From a virus, in IMG/VR virus record IMGVR_UViG_3300030090_007211, positions 32,001 through 96,000 of that record: a stretch of DNA of 64,000 bases; one strand, written 5' to 3'. The notes beneath the pieces are model-generated. The model had not been told where the DNA came from and made no database searches. It worked only from the letters and a program-made list of their open reading frames with translations. Made by a program: the position numbers and the translations under genes. Shown here piece after piece: positions 29,870 through 39,508 of the stretch (position 1 is the first letter of the stretch; each line of letters begins with the position of its first letter).

Positions 29870-31638
29870 AATTTTTGTCCATGATAATTTTCTAAGGAAT
29901 TTATTAGATCCTGATGATACGTTTTAAAATTTTCTTTTGACCATCCTTCAGTATATTTGTCCTGATAGGATATATTATTTTCATTACGATATAATTCTAC
30001 ATCATCCCCAACTCTATCATAACCCATAAAATTAATCATTGCAATATAATCCTCTAAATTTCTTAGGTTATAATCTTTGTCTACATATGATTCCCAATCT
30101 TCTTTATTTATTTGTAAACTAGGAGTGTATTCCAAATCCCAATCACCAATAATTACGGGGTTTAAAGAATTTAATCTTCTCTCTTTTAATATATGATATA
30201 AAATATTATTATATAATTCTAACATTTCTTCTTCTCTCAACCCATACATCGCCCCGTAGAAATTTTTAAGTTTTTTATATAACCAATCAGATCTTAATTC
30301 ATTATTTAATCCATTTTTTCTCACCATCAAAGGGTAGAATTTATTTCCATACTCTCCTTTAAATGTATCATAAGCTGGGTGAGATATCTCCTTAAAATAA
30401 TAATGGTTTTCATCTTCATCTATTGTGTCTACAACTCTTTGGGTAACTTTATCTATAAAGGTAATTTTTTTAGATTCCCCCAATACCCAAGTTTCCTTAT
30501 AATCATCCCAATCTTCATCTTCTTGAAATTCTATTACTTTTTCAATAATTACATCACTCAGTATATCTGAAATAATAGGTGTAGTAATATCTTCCTCTCC
30601 GGCCGATAGATCATGTTTACTTAAATACCATAAAACCATAGAAGGAACAGAACTTTTTATAACCTCTATACTTTCTCTACTCAACCCAGATTCCCCATAA
30701 TAGTATATAATTTTAGGTTTGTCTATAGTTAAACCATAATCCGACACCAAATCAAATACTATTTCATTTAAAGTTAATTCAACCCTTTTTAAGATATCTT
30801 TAACTACTCTATTAATAAATCCATTTCTATGATATTCTCTATCTTGATTTTTTCTTATTTTGGATTCATTTAACCCCAGAGTGTCCAGACTATCATATTG
30901 AACAAATCCTTTTTCTACGCCCTCCGCGTATATATCTTTAATTAATTTACGAGCAATTGGGTCAACCATAGGGTCATAATTCCCAAAACTGATTTTTTTC
31001 CCAATACCCATTGTTTGAAATAAGTGGTACGCAATAAATCTTTTTAACTCACCTAAAACATAATACGTATCAAATTTACCCACATTACTATGGAAAGGAT
31101 CATAATAAATCTGGGGTTGTGCCATATTAAAATAAGGAAAATGTAACTCAATAGTTTCATCAGTGAGAATTAAATTATTTTTAATTTCGTTATAAACTTT
31201 ATCCACTAGTTTATTAATACTTTTATGTTCTCTCAATACAATTGGTGCATCCGGAGCGTTTTCCCCTTTAAGGTATTTGTTATAAAGTTTAGGTATGAAA
31301 AATCTAGAAAGTATTTGTATTATATCCTCCAAATTAAAATATCCGAATTTATACTCAAACCATTTAAAATAATCTGGTATTAATTGCTGTACTATTTGTT
31401 GAGTGAGATTAATTAAAGGTTGGTAACTTTTTCTCGCTTTTTCTAATTCTTTTAAGGTTATCTCAAAACTAAGAAATATCTCATCATCATGTGTCTTTAT
31501 TCTATCTATCACAAAATACCAAAGACCCTCATCTTCTAAATCAGCCTCTGGTTCAAAAACATCCATTTTTTTTAACATATCATCTGCTACCTTTTCGTAG
31601 AATGAATAAGATGTATTATGTTCAGTTAAAGATTTCAT
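29866..31638 (-). CDS. Putative polyprotein with four tandem YG-family domains (start corrected)
   Basis: Units begin after SLTE-H, VLRE-H, GLNE-S, VLGE-S; each has a [F/L]x[D/E/N][K/R]V helix; TATTTATCA at 31643. Confidence 0.7.
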   Translation of the reverse strand: MKSLTEHNTSYSFYEKVADDMLKKMDVFEPEADLEDEGLWYFVIDRIKTHDDEIFLSFEITLKELEKARKSYQPLINLTQQIVQQLIPDYFKWFEYKFGYFNLEDIIQILSRFFIPKLYNKYLKGENAPDAPIVLREHKSINKLVDKVYNEIKNNLILTDETIELHFPYFNMAQPQIYYDPFHSNVGKFDTYYVLGELKRFIAYHLFQTMGIGKKISFGNYDPMVDPIARKLIKDIYAEGVEKGFVQYDSLDTLGLNESKIRKNQDREYHRNGFINRVVKDILKRVELTLNEIVFDLVSDYGLTIDKPKIIYYYGESGLSRESIEVIKSSVPSMVLWYLSKHDLSAGEEDITTPIISDILSDVIIEKVIEFQEDEDWDDYKETWVLGESKKITFIDKVTQRVVDTIDEDENHYYFKEISHPAYDTFKGEYGNKFYPLMVRKNGLNNELRSDWLYKKLKNFYGAMYGLREEEMLELYNNILYHILKERRLNSLNPVIIGDWDLEYTPSLQINKEDWESYVDKDYNLRNLEDYIAMINFMGYDRVGDDVELYRNENNISYQDKYTEGWSKENFKTYHQDLINSLENYHGQKF

Positions 31639-31651
31639 ATAATGATAAATA

Positions 31652-32080
31652 TTACTTTTTTCTATAAAATATTTGGGGGTTACCTTTATCGTCAATTACT
31701 GTGAATTCTATGTAAGGATTGTTTAAGGAAATATTCGGGTCAGATAATAATTGTTTTTGTATTAGTGTAAATGGTTTTCTTTTAACCCAAGTTTCTATTT
31801 TACTTAATTTATTAATTGTGGTAGTAGTATAATAAAATTGTAGTTTATCTTCTTTAGATAATTTTTTATTTTTAACCCATTCTCCATCTACTAATTTATA
31901 ACCCCTTTTTAAAAGTTGTTCCTTTCTTTCATCATATGTAACTAAATTTCTATATGCGTCTAAAAATTGTTCTTCAGATAAATCATCACTTATTTGGGTA
32001 ATGGGTATAGGTTCGGTTACTATACCATAATATTGTTTGGTGTGTTGTTTTACTATTCCTTTCTTTTTTAATCCACCCAT
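31652..32080 (-). CDS. Hypothetical protein
   Basis: 142 aa; late motif at 32094. Confidence 0.6.
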   Translation of the reverse strand: MGGLKKKGIVKQHTKQYYGIVTEPIPITQISDDLSEEQFLDAYRNLVTYDERKEQLLKRGYKLVDGEWVKNKKLSKEDKLQFYYTTTTINKLSKIETWVKRKPFTLIQKQLLSDPNISLNNPYIEFTVIDDKGNPQIFYRKK

Positions 32081-32136
32081 AATTTCCTTTTTATATAAAT
32101 ATATGGATAAATAATTAGTTTAGGGATTAAATAGGC

Positions 32137-32167
32137 AAAAAAAACCCCATAATAAAAATTACGGGGT
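32137..32167 (-). terminator. Rho-independent terminator
   Basis: Minus-strand ACCCCGTAAT...ATTATGGGGT stem plus T-run. Confidence 0.7.
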
Positions 32168-32193
32168 ACCAAATATGAGGGATAAATGGTTTT

Positions 32194-32841
32194 TTATTTT
32201 ATCAATTTAGAAAGTTTTTTAATTTCACCTTCAGAAAGACTAATTACGTTACCATTTTTCTTAAAAGTAATTTTTCTACCTTCAGCAAAATGAGTACCTT
32301 CTTCGTCTCGGTCTTCATGATCTTCATCATAACCCATATCTTTCTTAAGAGCGTCTAAATGTCTTTCGATTTCTCTTACTCTATCAGCAGGTGCCATTTC
32401 TTCTTCATGTTCTAATTCTTCTTCCTCTTTATGGTCATGACCTTCATCATCTCCATAGTTATAAGTTTCTTCACCTTCAGAATCCTCAAAAATTTCATCT
32501 TTATCGAATTTTTCAAGACCTTCTTCTGATTCAGGTGCCCCAGCTTCATCAGATGCTCCCGTATCACCAGTTCCAATAACATCGTCTTCATTAACTACGT
32601 CACCATGATCTTCTTCATCTTTTTTAAGTGCTTCCGCTGATTCAGGTGCATCTACACCTTCAACATCTTCTTTTTCATCGATGTATTCACCTTCCTTAAT
32701 TTCTTTTTCTTTTAATGCTCTAGCTTCTGCCATTTTTTGAGCATTTTCTATTTGAGTCATTGCCTCTTCACCTTCTGCAATTAACTCCAAACCCATAAGT
32801 CTTCTCATGGCATTTGTTTCTTTTAATTGTTGTTTTTTCAT
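32194..32841 (-). CDS. Highly acidic protein with leader-C N-terminus and C-terminal leader-A copy
   Basis: MRRLMGLELIAE; APES.E.L repeats; C-terminal KKNGNVISLSEGEIKKL. Confidence 0.7.
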   Translation of the reverse strand: MKKQQLKETNAMRRLMGLELIAEGEEAMTQIENAQKMAEARALKEKEIKEGEYIDEKEDVEGVDAPESAEALKKDEEDHGDVVNEDDVIGTGDTGASDEAGAPESEEGLEKFDKDEIFEDSEGEETYNYGDDEGHDHKEEEELEHEEEMAPADRVREIERHLDALKKDMGYDEDHEDRDEEGTHFAEGRKITFKKNGNVISLSEGEIKKLSKLIK

Positions 32842-32847
32842 AACTTT

Positions 32848-33243
32848 CTATTTTAAGTCTTTTGATAATTGTTTTGCCTTTTCACCCTCTATTTTGTCCT
32901 CAAAGTCTTCAATTTGTTTTTCTAAGAATTCTTCGATTTTATGTAAAGTAGCAATTGATTCTAAATTATACTTAGTGGATTTTAACATATTACTCAAGGT
33001 ACTAAGTTTAGCGATTATAGAGCCCACTTTTACTTTTTTGTCTTCCGCTCTACGAGATTCTCTATCTTCAGTTAAAAATTGATTGATTTTATGTTTATTT
33101 ACAATCTTTTTAATTTCAGATTCTTTTAATGAAATTACTTCACCATCTTTTTTAAACTTAGTTACTTCTTTTTTATTCTGTAGGATTTTTTTTATTTCAC
33201 CTTCAGTTAAAGTAATTGTTTTTCCATTTTTTCTAATTTTCAT
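32848..33243 (-). CDS. Protein with two tandem leader-A modules
   Basis: RKNGKTITLTEGEIKKIL and KKDGEVISLKESEIKKIV. Confidence 0.7.
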   Translation of the reverse strand: MKIRKNGKTITLTEGEIKKILQNKKEVTKFKKDGEVISLKESEIKKIVNKHKINQFLTEDRESRRAEDKKVKVGSIIAKLSTLSNMLKSTKYNLESIATLHKIEEFLEKQIEDFEDKIEGEKAKQLSKDLK

Positions 33244-33289
33244 TTTATTAGTTTTTTTTATATAAATATATCATTTTAAATAAAAATTC

Positions 33290-34750
33290 TTATTTAGTGG
33301 TTTTATCTCTTTTTCTCTTTTTACCTTTTCTACCAATCTTAAACCATTTAAACACTTGTTTTATTTTAGATTCATCTCCTTGTGTCATAACTTTAACAAC
33401 ATTTTCACATGCTGGGAAATCTGCTAGGGTTTTAATTTCACCAAAAGTATTAGGTGTTTTTACAATAACTTCTTCCTTCATATTATTAAGGGTAGGTAAA
33501 GTAATAGTTATTTTCCCCACACCTCTATGGCAATCAGAACTAGGATTCCATTTACCTGCCCCTTTGTTAACACATTTAGCACTAATAACCATTTTTCCTT
33601 CATGTTTCCCCACAGTATCTGCATTAAAGAATTCATTATTAACACCATCAATACTTAATAAAAAAGTATTTCTTCTCCCCATTTCGTAGGTACCACCTTT
33701 TTTAGTTTTTTTGGCTTTTTGGTTAGATTTTATAATTTCTGCATCATCATATTTGTCTTTCCAAGGAGATTTATTATTAAGACTTGCATAATTTACTAAA
33801 TCTCCATTTCTATTTTCTCTTTTAAGTTGGTACCCATTTGCAAATACTTCGTAAACTGCGTGATCACAATTATGATCACCTTTATCATATATTACCTCAA
33901 TCACTGAATTATTAAAACACTCGTATAATACTTCTGTCTGTTCATCATCATTAGTGTCATCATCATTAGTGTCATCATCATTAGTGTCATCATCATTAGT
34001 ATTATCGTCATTAGTGTCATCATCATTGGTATTATCATCATTAGTGTCATCATCTTGCGTTTGATCTAAAATAGGGTCATAACAAAGAGTGATAATAATA
34101 TTAACAATTTGACCTGGTTTAAAAGTTTCACCACTAGGAATCTTCCAACCAGTAGTATTTACATCATTAGTGCCGCCAGTATCGATAACAAATCCTTCTG
34201 CTTTATTTAAAGTATCTTGTAATACCCCTTCTTTAAATTTAACATTAATAGTAGATAACCCTTCTTTTCCACCAAGTTGTGCTGCAACTCCTTTAGCTCT
34301 ATTTTTCGCCAATTCTTTATTCTTAGTGTATTCGGGAGAGTTTTTATCTTTTGTATATTTTTTAGCTTCCGGTGCTGTGGCATTAAATGGTGTTTTTCTA
34401 TCATTTTTTAAATCAGGAACTACTGAATATTTACGCCAAAAATTACTAGCACCCCCCATTACTTTAAATTCTGTTACATATACTAAATTTTCTTTAACTT
34501 TAGAAGATAAAGTAACATCATTTTTAATGGTACTTTTTACTTTTTCAATAAATCCTTTAAAAGAGTTGGATTTCTCTGCATTTTGTATGGGGAACGTCCC
34601 TGTATAACTTATAGTTTTACAGACAGGTTTCTTCTCAACTTTAGTTTCTTCTTGTTCTCTAATAATCGGATTTTTATATTGTCCATTTTTATAAGACATT
34701 AAACCCTGCATTCTTTGAATCTCCTCAATTAAGGTTTGTTTCTTTTTCAT
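33290..34750 (-). CDS. Leader-C protein, paralog of 16040..17911
   Basis: LIEEIQRMQGLMSYKNGQYKNPIIRE; GGASN...NKELAKNRA (OmpA_C-like); HNCDHAVYEVFAN. Confidence 0.65.
   Translation of the reverse strand: MKKKQTLIEEIQRMQGLMSYKNGQYKNPIIREQEETKVEKKPVCKTISYTGTFPIQNAEKSNSFKGFIEKVKSTIKNDVTLSSKVKENLVYVTEFKVMGGASNFWRKYSVVPDLKNDRKTPFNATAPEAKKYTKDKNSPEYTKNKELAKNRAKGVAAQLGGKEGLSTINVKFKEGVLQDTLNKAEGFVIDTGGTNDVNTTGWKIPSGETFKPGQIVNIIITLCYDPILDQTQDDDTNDDNTNDDDTNDDNTNDDDTNDDDTNDDDTNDDEQTEVLYECFNNSVIEVIYDKGDHNCDHAVYEVFANGYQLKRENRNGDLVNYASLNNKSPWKDKYDDAEIIKSNQKAKKTKKGGTYEMGRRNTFLLSIDGVNNEFFNADTVGKHEGKMVISAKCVNKGAGKWNPSSDCHRGVGKITITLPTLNNMKEEVIVKTPNTFGEIKTLADFPACENVVKVMTQGDESKIKQVFKWFKIGRKGKKRKRDKTTK
33942..34053 (-). 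repeat. 15-bp coding tandem repeat (DD[D/N]TN, about 7 copies)
   Basis: (tcatcattagtgtca)n with variants, forming an inter-domain linker. Confidence 0.9.
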
Positions 34751-34805
34751 AAATTTTATTTATATTAATAAATATCTATTTTTTAATAAAAAAAACCTTT
34801 ATTTA

Positions 34806-34837
34806 TTTGGTAAATTGCGTTTTTTATTGTATATTTG
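34806..34837 (+). promoter_or_regulatory. Bacteroidota sigma70-type promoter
   Basis: TTTG(34806)-N20-TATATTTG(34830), followed by TATAAATCAAACA.TATG as at 18001. Confidence 0.85.
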
Positions 34838-34852
34838 TATAAATCAAACACT

Positions 34853-35455
34853 ATGAAAAAGTTAATTACCATATTATTAGTATTCTTAAATGTAGGAATT
34901 TTCGCACAAATAAATGATTCTATTGTTAATGCGTATTATGACACTATTGTTCATTATACTGAATTTTCTAATAATAGATGGGAAAAACAAACATATGATG
35001 ATAATATTAAATTATATGTAACAGGAGATAAAGAAGATTATTTAATGGAGGAATTAAGCATCATCATTAATGATTTAAATGAATTAATTTACCCATTAAC
35101 TATCACTATTACTTATGATTCACTGGAACATAATATGTTACTGTTTATGGGGGAGCGCAAAGATTTTAGAAAAATTTGTAATGAGGTTGATAGAATTGAT
35201 TATAAGATACGTGGGTATGGTGTCACTTATACTTTATGGGGAACCACAATAACTAAGTCTAAATGTTTTGTAGAAACTAAAGGTAGTAGTCAAAAATTCA
35301 AAAAACATACATTAAGAGAAGAAATAACCCAATGTTTAGGTTTCCATAATGATACTCAACAATATGAAAATAGTATTTTTTATCAAGGTTATTCTATAAC
35401 TAATGAATTTTCAGAATTAGATAAAGCAATTATTAGAAAACATTATAGTAATTAG
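34853..35455 (+). CDS. Secreted DUF2927-like (zincin-fold) protein
   Basis: Signal peptide MKKLITILLVFLNVGIFAQ; REEITQCLG..ND...SIFYQ...SELD. Confidence 0.7.
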   Translation: MKKLITILLVFLNVGIFAQINDSIVNAYYDTIVHYTEFSNNRWEKQTYDDNIKLYVTGDKEDYLMEELSIIINDLNELIYPLTITITYDSLEHNMLLFMGERKDFRKICNEVDRIDYKIRGYGVTYTLWGTTITKSKCFVETKGSSQKFKKHTLREEITQCLGFHNDTQQYENSIFYQGYSITNEFSELDKAIIRKHYSN

Positions 35456-35613
35456 TTTATTTTTTTTAATTCTGAAAGAGGTACAGGTTTAATCAAATGG
35501 GTTCCAATACTGAAGTTTTGTTTTAGCATAGCACCACCCTTTACAATATCAACAATAAAATAAGTAGAGTGCCACCATTTTACTAAGTCCCCAATTTTTA
35601 ATTCTTCTTCCAT
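35452..35613 (-). CDS. Small SH3/KOW-like protein (53 aa, not in track)
   Basis: MEEELKIGDLVKWW...VPLSELKKIN; late motif at 35630. Confidence 0.55.
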   Translation of the reverse strand: MEEELKIGDLVKWWHSTYFIVDIVKGGAMLKQNFSIGTHLIKPVPLSELKKIN

Positions 35614-35715
35614 AAAAGTAATATACCATTATAAATACGATACCCATAAAAACAAATGATAAAATAATTTGTTTTTTAATTTTTTTTTATTATATTTGTT
35701 GTATAAAGAACTTTT

Positions 35716-35844
35716 ATGAAAAAAATGAAATTATATCTGATAATAATCACAATTTTAATATTAACAGGGTGTGCGTCTAGTGCTCATTGTGATGCCTATG
35801 GTGACAATACACACCCACAAAACTTAGAAAGAAATGATTCTTAA
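35716..35844 (+). CDS. Small lipoprotein (42 aa, not in track)
   Basis: MKKMKLYLIIITILILTGCASSAHCDAYG; lipobox LTGC; promoter TTTG-N19-TATATTTG at 35668-35698. Confidence 0.7.
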   Translation: MKKMKLYLIIITILILTGCASSAHCDAYGDNTHPQNLERNDS

Positions 35845-36088
35845 TGACATATGTGAAATAAGAAAAGATTTTAGGGGTGCTGATTTCTGGTTGAAAACTG
35901 ATCCTATAGAAAAAGGTAAACCGACAAAAACTTACCATAAAGATTATATTGGTGTGAAAGTCCAAAGAGAAGATATTTTATTACCTGATTATCTTTTTTA
36001 TTTATTAACGTATCAATATAGTATGGGGGTGTTTAAAAATTTTGATATTAACACCATTAATGATATACAATTAACTTTAACAAATTAA
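35834..36088 (+). CDS. Hypothetical phage protein
   Basis: 84 aa; ADFWL...GKPTK...IGVKV...PDYLFY. Confidence 0.6.
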   Translation: MILNDICEIRKDFRGADFWLKTDPIEKGKPTKTYHKDYIGVKVQREDILLPDYLFYLLTYQYSMGVFKNFDINTINDIQLTLTN

Positions 36089-36092
36089 AATT

Positions 36093-36356
36093 ATGAGTAG
36101 TAGACTTTTAGAAGGAATAATAGAATATTATGAAGAGGAAGAAATTCTAATGGCCAATGGTTTTGATGAGGCAGTAATTGGTATTGATGATAAAACTATG
36201 CGATTAATCTATTCGGTAACTAAATGTATAGAAATATTAATGGTCGAGATGGAAATGGATATAGAAGAAGCCGTAGAATTCTTTGAGTTTAACGTTAAAG
36301 GATCGGAATTGGGTGATAAAACACCAATATGGTGTGAAGATATGTTAATACAATAA
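36093..36356 (+). CDS. Hypothetical phage protein
   Basis: 87 aa; GFDEAVIG...EEA.EFFEFN...TPI. Confidence 0.65.
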   Translation: MSSRLLEGIIEYYEEEEILMANGFDEAVIGIDDKTMRLIYSVTKCIEILMVEMEMDIEEAVEFFEFNVKGSELGDKTPIWCEDMLIQ

Positions 36357-36358
36357 TA

Positions 36359-37753
36359 TTAAGTATGTCTCTTTTTTAACGTCTTATCCAGACGTTTAAA
36401 TTCATTTATTAAATAAGAAGTGAATTTCATATAGACATATTCTCTTTCCAAAGGGTTAAGACCATATACATCTTCCATTTCTTTTTTAAATGAATCTTTA
36501 AAACCAAACCCTGATTCTATATTTTTACCAAACCATTCTATAACCCAATTATTACCCCCAGTAAATGGTACCTTTGCAATATAAAAGTTTGTCCACCCAT
36601 TAAAGGCAGTCTGTTTAATAAAAGTAGTGTAGTGTTTAAGTTTATCCACAACTTTATCCAGATAAGGTTTATTCTTCTCTATCATATCCACAGATTCATT
36701 TAGATAACTCAAATTCAACCTTTTAATATGTGGTGGTAAATATTCTTTCTTACTGATTAACATATAAATTATATGTTCCCCATACCACTCCCAAAAAAAT
36801 CTATCCATTTCAGAATAGGTTAAACCATAAACATTCGTTAATAAATCTTCTATGCAAGGAGGAATGACATAAAAATATGCCCCTGAGGATCCCCACTCTA
36901 TATAGGAATTAATTTTATTACACACACCATCTACATCAATTTCTCTATAACTATCATCTCTCCATTTGGTTTTTTTAACTAAATTTCTATATACCTTTTC
37001 CCTATAATTTTTTGATTTTTCTTCTCTGGTTGATTCATTTAAATTAAATGTTTGATTATCACTACCCTCCCAGTTTAAAGCCCTATGTAAAACATTTTTT
37101 ATCACCTTATCATTAATTTCTTTATAGATAGGATCATCTGCCTGAGTAATCCCAAAACCTAATATTTTTTTAATGTATTGTCGACCCATTTTTCTTATGT
37201 CCTGTTCTAAGTGATGTCGACCCATACTTTTATCATTATGGATCCATTCTGAAAATACATCTAAATGGATAGGGGCGTGTCGACTATCGCTAGAATATAC
37301 TGGAGGGAGAAAATATAATTGTTCCCTATCTGCGTCAATTACAGTAGAATTTATAATTTCTTGTGCAATTTTTTCCACTAACTTTCTCTGATTGGTAGAC
37401 TCATCTAACCGATTAACATCCTTACTATCCTTAAACTCATCAGAAATATGATAACTATTCTCATTATTATCATACTCTCTAATTTTATTTCTATAGTAAT
37501 TCCACACCCTCTCTGCCTCATCAGTCCCTAAACCAAATATCTCTTCTAGGTAATCTTTTAACTCCCCCAAAAAATTATGATAAAGGGTGAAGTCCATAGA
37601 AGATCTAATTGCAACCCCACGAACAAATACCGGACTTACAATAGCATCAAGGTTTCTATCATATAAGGTATTCTTATATAGGTGATCAGCAATCTTATTT
37701 AAATGATTGTATGACTGATTTGTAGATTCACTTAATATATTGTCCTTCTCCAT
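36359..37753 (-). CDS. Putative polyprotein with four tandem YG-family domains
   Basis: Units begin after ILSE-S, RLDE-S, NLNE-S, YLNE-S; end with FGL..DE, LGFG, YGLT.SE, YGLN.LE; late motif at 37760. Confidence 0.75.
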   Translation of the reverse strand: MEKDNILSESTNQSYNHLNKIADHLYKNTLYDRNLDAIVSPVFVRGVAIRSSMDFTLYHNFLGELKDYLEEIFGLGTDEAERVWNYYRNKIREYDNNENSYHISDEFKDSKDVNRLDESTNQRKLVEKIAQEIINSTVIDADREQLYFLPPVYSSDSRHAPIHLDVFSEWIHNDKSMGRHHLEQDIRKMGRQYIKKILGFGITQADDPIYKEINDKVIKNVLHRALNWEGSDNQTFNLNESTREEKSKNYREKVYRNLVKKTKWRDDSYREIDVDGVCNKINSYIEWGSSGAYFYVIPPCIEDLLTNVYGLTYSEMDRFFWEWYGEHIIYMLISKKEYLPPHIKRLNLSYLNESVDMIEKNKPYLDKVVDKLKHYTTFIKQTAFNGWTNFYIAKVPFTGGNNWVIEWFGKNIESGFGFKDSFKKEMEDVYGLNPLEREYVYMKFTSYLINEFKRLDKTLKKRHT

Positions 37754-37788
37754 TATAGTTATAAATATTCCCTATTACGAATAAGCAT

Positions 37789-37816
37789 AAAAAACCCCTC
37801 ATTTAAATGAAGGGTT
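37789..37816 (-). terminator. Rho-independent terminator
   Basis: AACCC..CATT/AATG..GGGTT stem plus T-run. Confidence 0.7.
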
Positions 37817-37830
37817 AGTTATAATATTTT

Positions 37831-38145
37831 TTAATCTTTTAAAGTAATATTGTATTTTGCAAAACTACCTTCAGTAACTTGTTCTAAAGGGGATTCTCCC
37901 TCACCTTCAGCACCATCACCAAAATCCTCTTGTTCTTCAACAACATCATTAACTTCTTCACCAGTACCTTCCTCTTCTACTTCTTCCGCTTCAGTAGTTT
38001 CAGTAATTTCTTCTTCTTGAATAGTTAATCCTCCGTTATTCGCAAACCCTAATGAAAAACCTGCATGATTTTCTTCTATGATTCCAAGATTTTTCTTATT
38101 AGCCTCTTGAATAGCTTGTCTCTTTAATTTTCCTAATCTTCCCAT
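37831..38145 (-). CDS. Leader-D acidic protein
   Basis: MGRLGKLKRQAIQEANKKNLGIIEE. Confidence 0.7.
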   Translation of the reverse strand: MGRLGKLKRQAIQEANKKNLGIIEENHAGFSLGFANNGGLTIQEEEITETTEAEEVEEEGTGEEVNDVVEEQEDFGDGAEGEGESPLEQVTEGSFAKYNITLKD

Positions 38146-38160
38146 AATTTCTTTTATTTA

Positions 38161-39039
38161 TTATTTTGTTTTATTTTTTACCCAATCGAAATAAAGTTTT
38201 TCATTCCTAGTGAATATTGAACAATTATTTTTAACACAATTGTCTTCGAATTTCTTCTTTGCCCAATATTCTGGACCACCTCCCGCAACTTGAGCGCCAC
38301 CCCATACATATTTAGGGCATCCTGCACATTTACCTTTACGTTTGTCAGGGAAAGTAATTGGTGGAAGTCCTTTAATTTTTTTAATACAATTTAAAAATTG
38401 TTCCCATTTATTATTGGTACTAATCAGACCAGGATATTCAAACGAAACATAACGAATACATTTAACAATGGATCCACATTGTTTATCACTTACTTTATCT
38501 ACAATGTCTACTATTTCAATATCGTCTATTATATCACCAGCATTAGGTAGATCACCAATAGGTTCACCTACACCTCTCTTTTGATCTTTTTTTATGTCAT
38601 CACATTGACATTTTTTACACATTCCTGAATCTGCAGCATTAATAGTAAATAAATCTGTGTTTCTTAATACCTCACACATTTTATTTAAGGTATCTGGACC
38701 AACTATTCCATCTACACTTAATTTATATTTACTTTGGAATTCTTTTACTGCATCTTTAGTATGGTTACGAAATTTACCATCACAATATTGCCATTTCTGA
38801 CTACAATTATCATTCATCCCCCCACCTTCGTATTTGGGATTAAAATCATTATTTCCTAATACAAATTGTATGAATTTTACTATGTCTCCTGATGAACCAT
38901 TTTTTGCGTGTTTAATATTACATTTAATTAAACACCAGTCTCTATCATTTTTCCCTATGATTCCTGTTACAACCTCGTTAAGGACTCTCTTATTAGCCTC
39001 TTCGATTAATTGTCTTTTAATTTTTTCTATTCTTCCCAC
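38161..39039 (-). CDS. Leader-D peptidoglycan-binding (PG_binding_1), Cys-rich protein (GTG start corrected)
   Basis: (M)GRIEKIKRQLIEEANKRVLNE; GSSGDIVKFIQ...DGKF...T.DAVKEFQ...L.VDGIVGP.T; late motif at 39055. Confidence 0.8.
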   Translation of the reverse strand: MGRIEKIKRQLIEEANKRVLNEVVTGIIGKNDRDWCLIKCNIKHAKNGSSGDIVKFIQFVLGNNDFNPKYEGGGMNDNCSQKWQYCDGKFRNHTKDAVKEFQSKYKLSVDGIVGPDTLNKMCEVLRNTDLFTINAADSGMCKKCQCDDIKKDQKRGVGEPIGDLPNAGDIIDDIEIVDIVDKVSDKQCGSIVKCIRYVSFEYPGLISTNNKWEQFLNCIKKIKGLPPITFPDKRKGKCAGCPKYVWGGAQVAGGGPEYWAKKKFEDNCVKNNCSIFTRNEKLYFDWVKNKTK

Positions 39040-39087
39040 AATATTATTTTTATATATAAATATAAGGAACAATTAAAAAAAAATAGT

Positions 39088-39125
39088 AAAGAGGGGGCTG
39101 GGGGTGATTTAGACGATTCAGTCGG
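39088..39125 (+). repeat. Intergenic G-rich repeat, copy 1 of 3
   Basis: AAAGAGGGGGCTGGGGG identical at 39088, 40387, 41358, followed by GAC-N6-GT[C/G]. Confidence 0.9.
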
Positions 39126-39133
39126 GTACCCTA

Positions 39134-39508
39134 TCACCATGGCATTACATCAGCATCCCAGTTTACCACTTGTCTTCCATAAGTAATGATATCCATTTGT
39201 ATTTTATCCTGTAAGGCACTATAATAATTTTTCCACACATAAGGAAGCTCTTCTCTTATTACCCCATACCTCTCATAACAATACCTATCAAATAGATGAT
39301 TTATAATAGTCTCTTCAGTGGCATGGGGAAGTGTTAATTTAACTTCTTTTAATAGCGACCTAAGATTACAATTAACAAAAGGAAATTTTATTAATACTGT
39401 CCCCCCATAAATCCCTTTACACATGAAACTCATCTCAACCTCCTTATCTATAGGAGTATCCTCAATGAGCCACTCAACAACCTTATCCAAAAACTCTTTA
39501 TTCATCAC
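39134..39508 (-). CDS. Stand-alone YG-family domain protein
   Basis: FLDKVVEWLIEDT...FPF...RYGVIREE..VW..Y. Confidence 0.7.
   Translation of the reverse strand: MMNKEFLDKVVEWLIEDTPIDKEVEMSFMCKGIYGGTVLIKFPFVNCNLRSLLKEVKLTLPHATEETIINHLFDRYCYERYGVIREELPYVWKNYYSALQDKIQMDIITYGRQVVNWDADVMPW

Noticed and set aside
33942-34053. Tandem repeat as a CRISPR array
   Set aside because: 15-bp in-frame units without unique spacers; no cas genes in the window.
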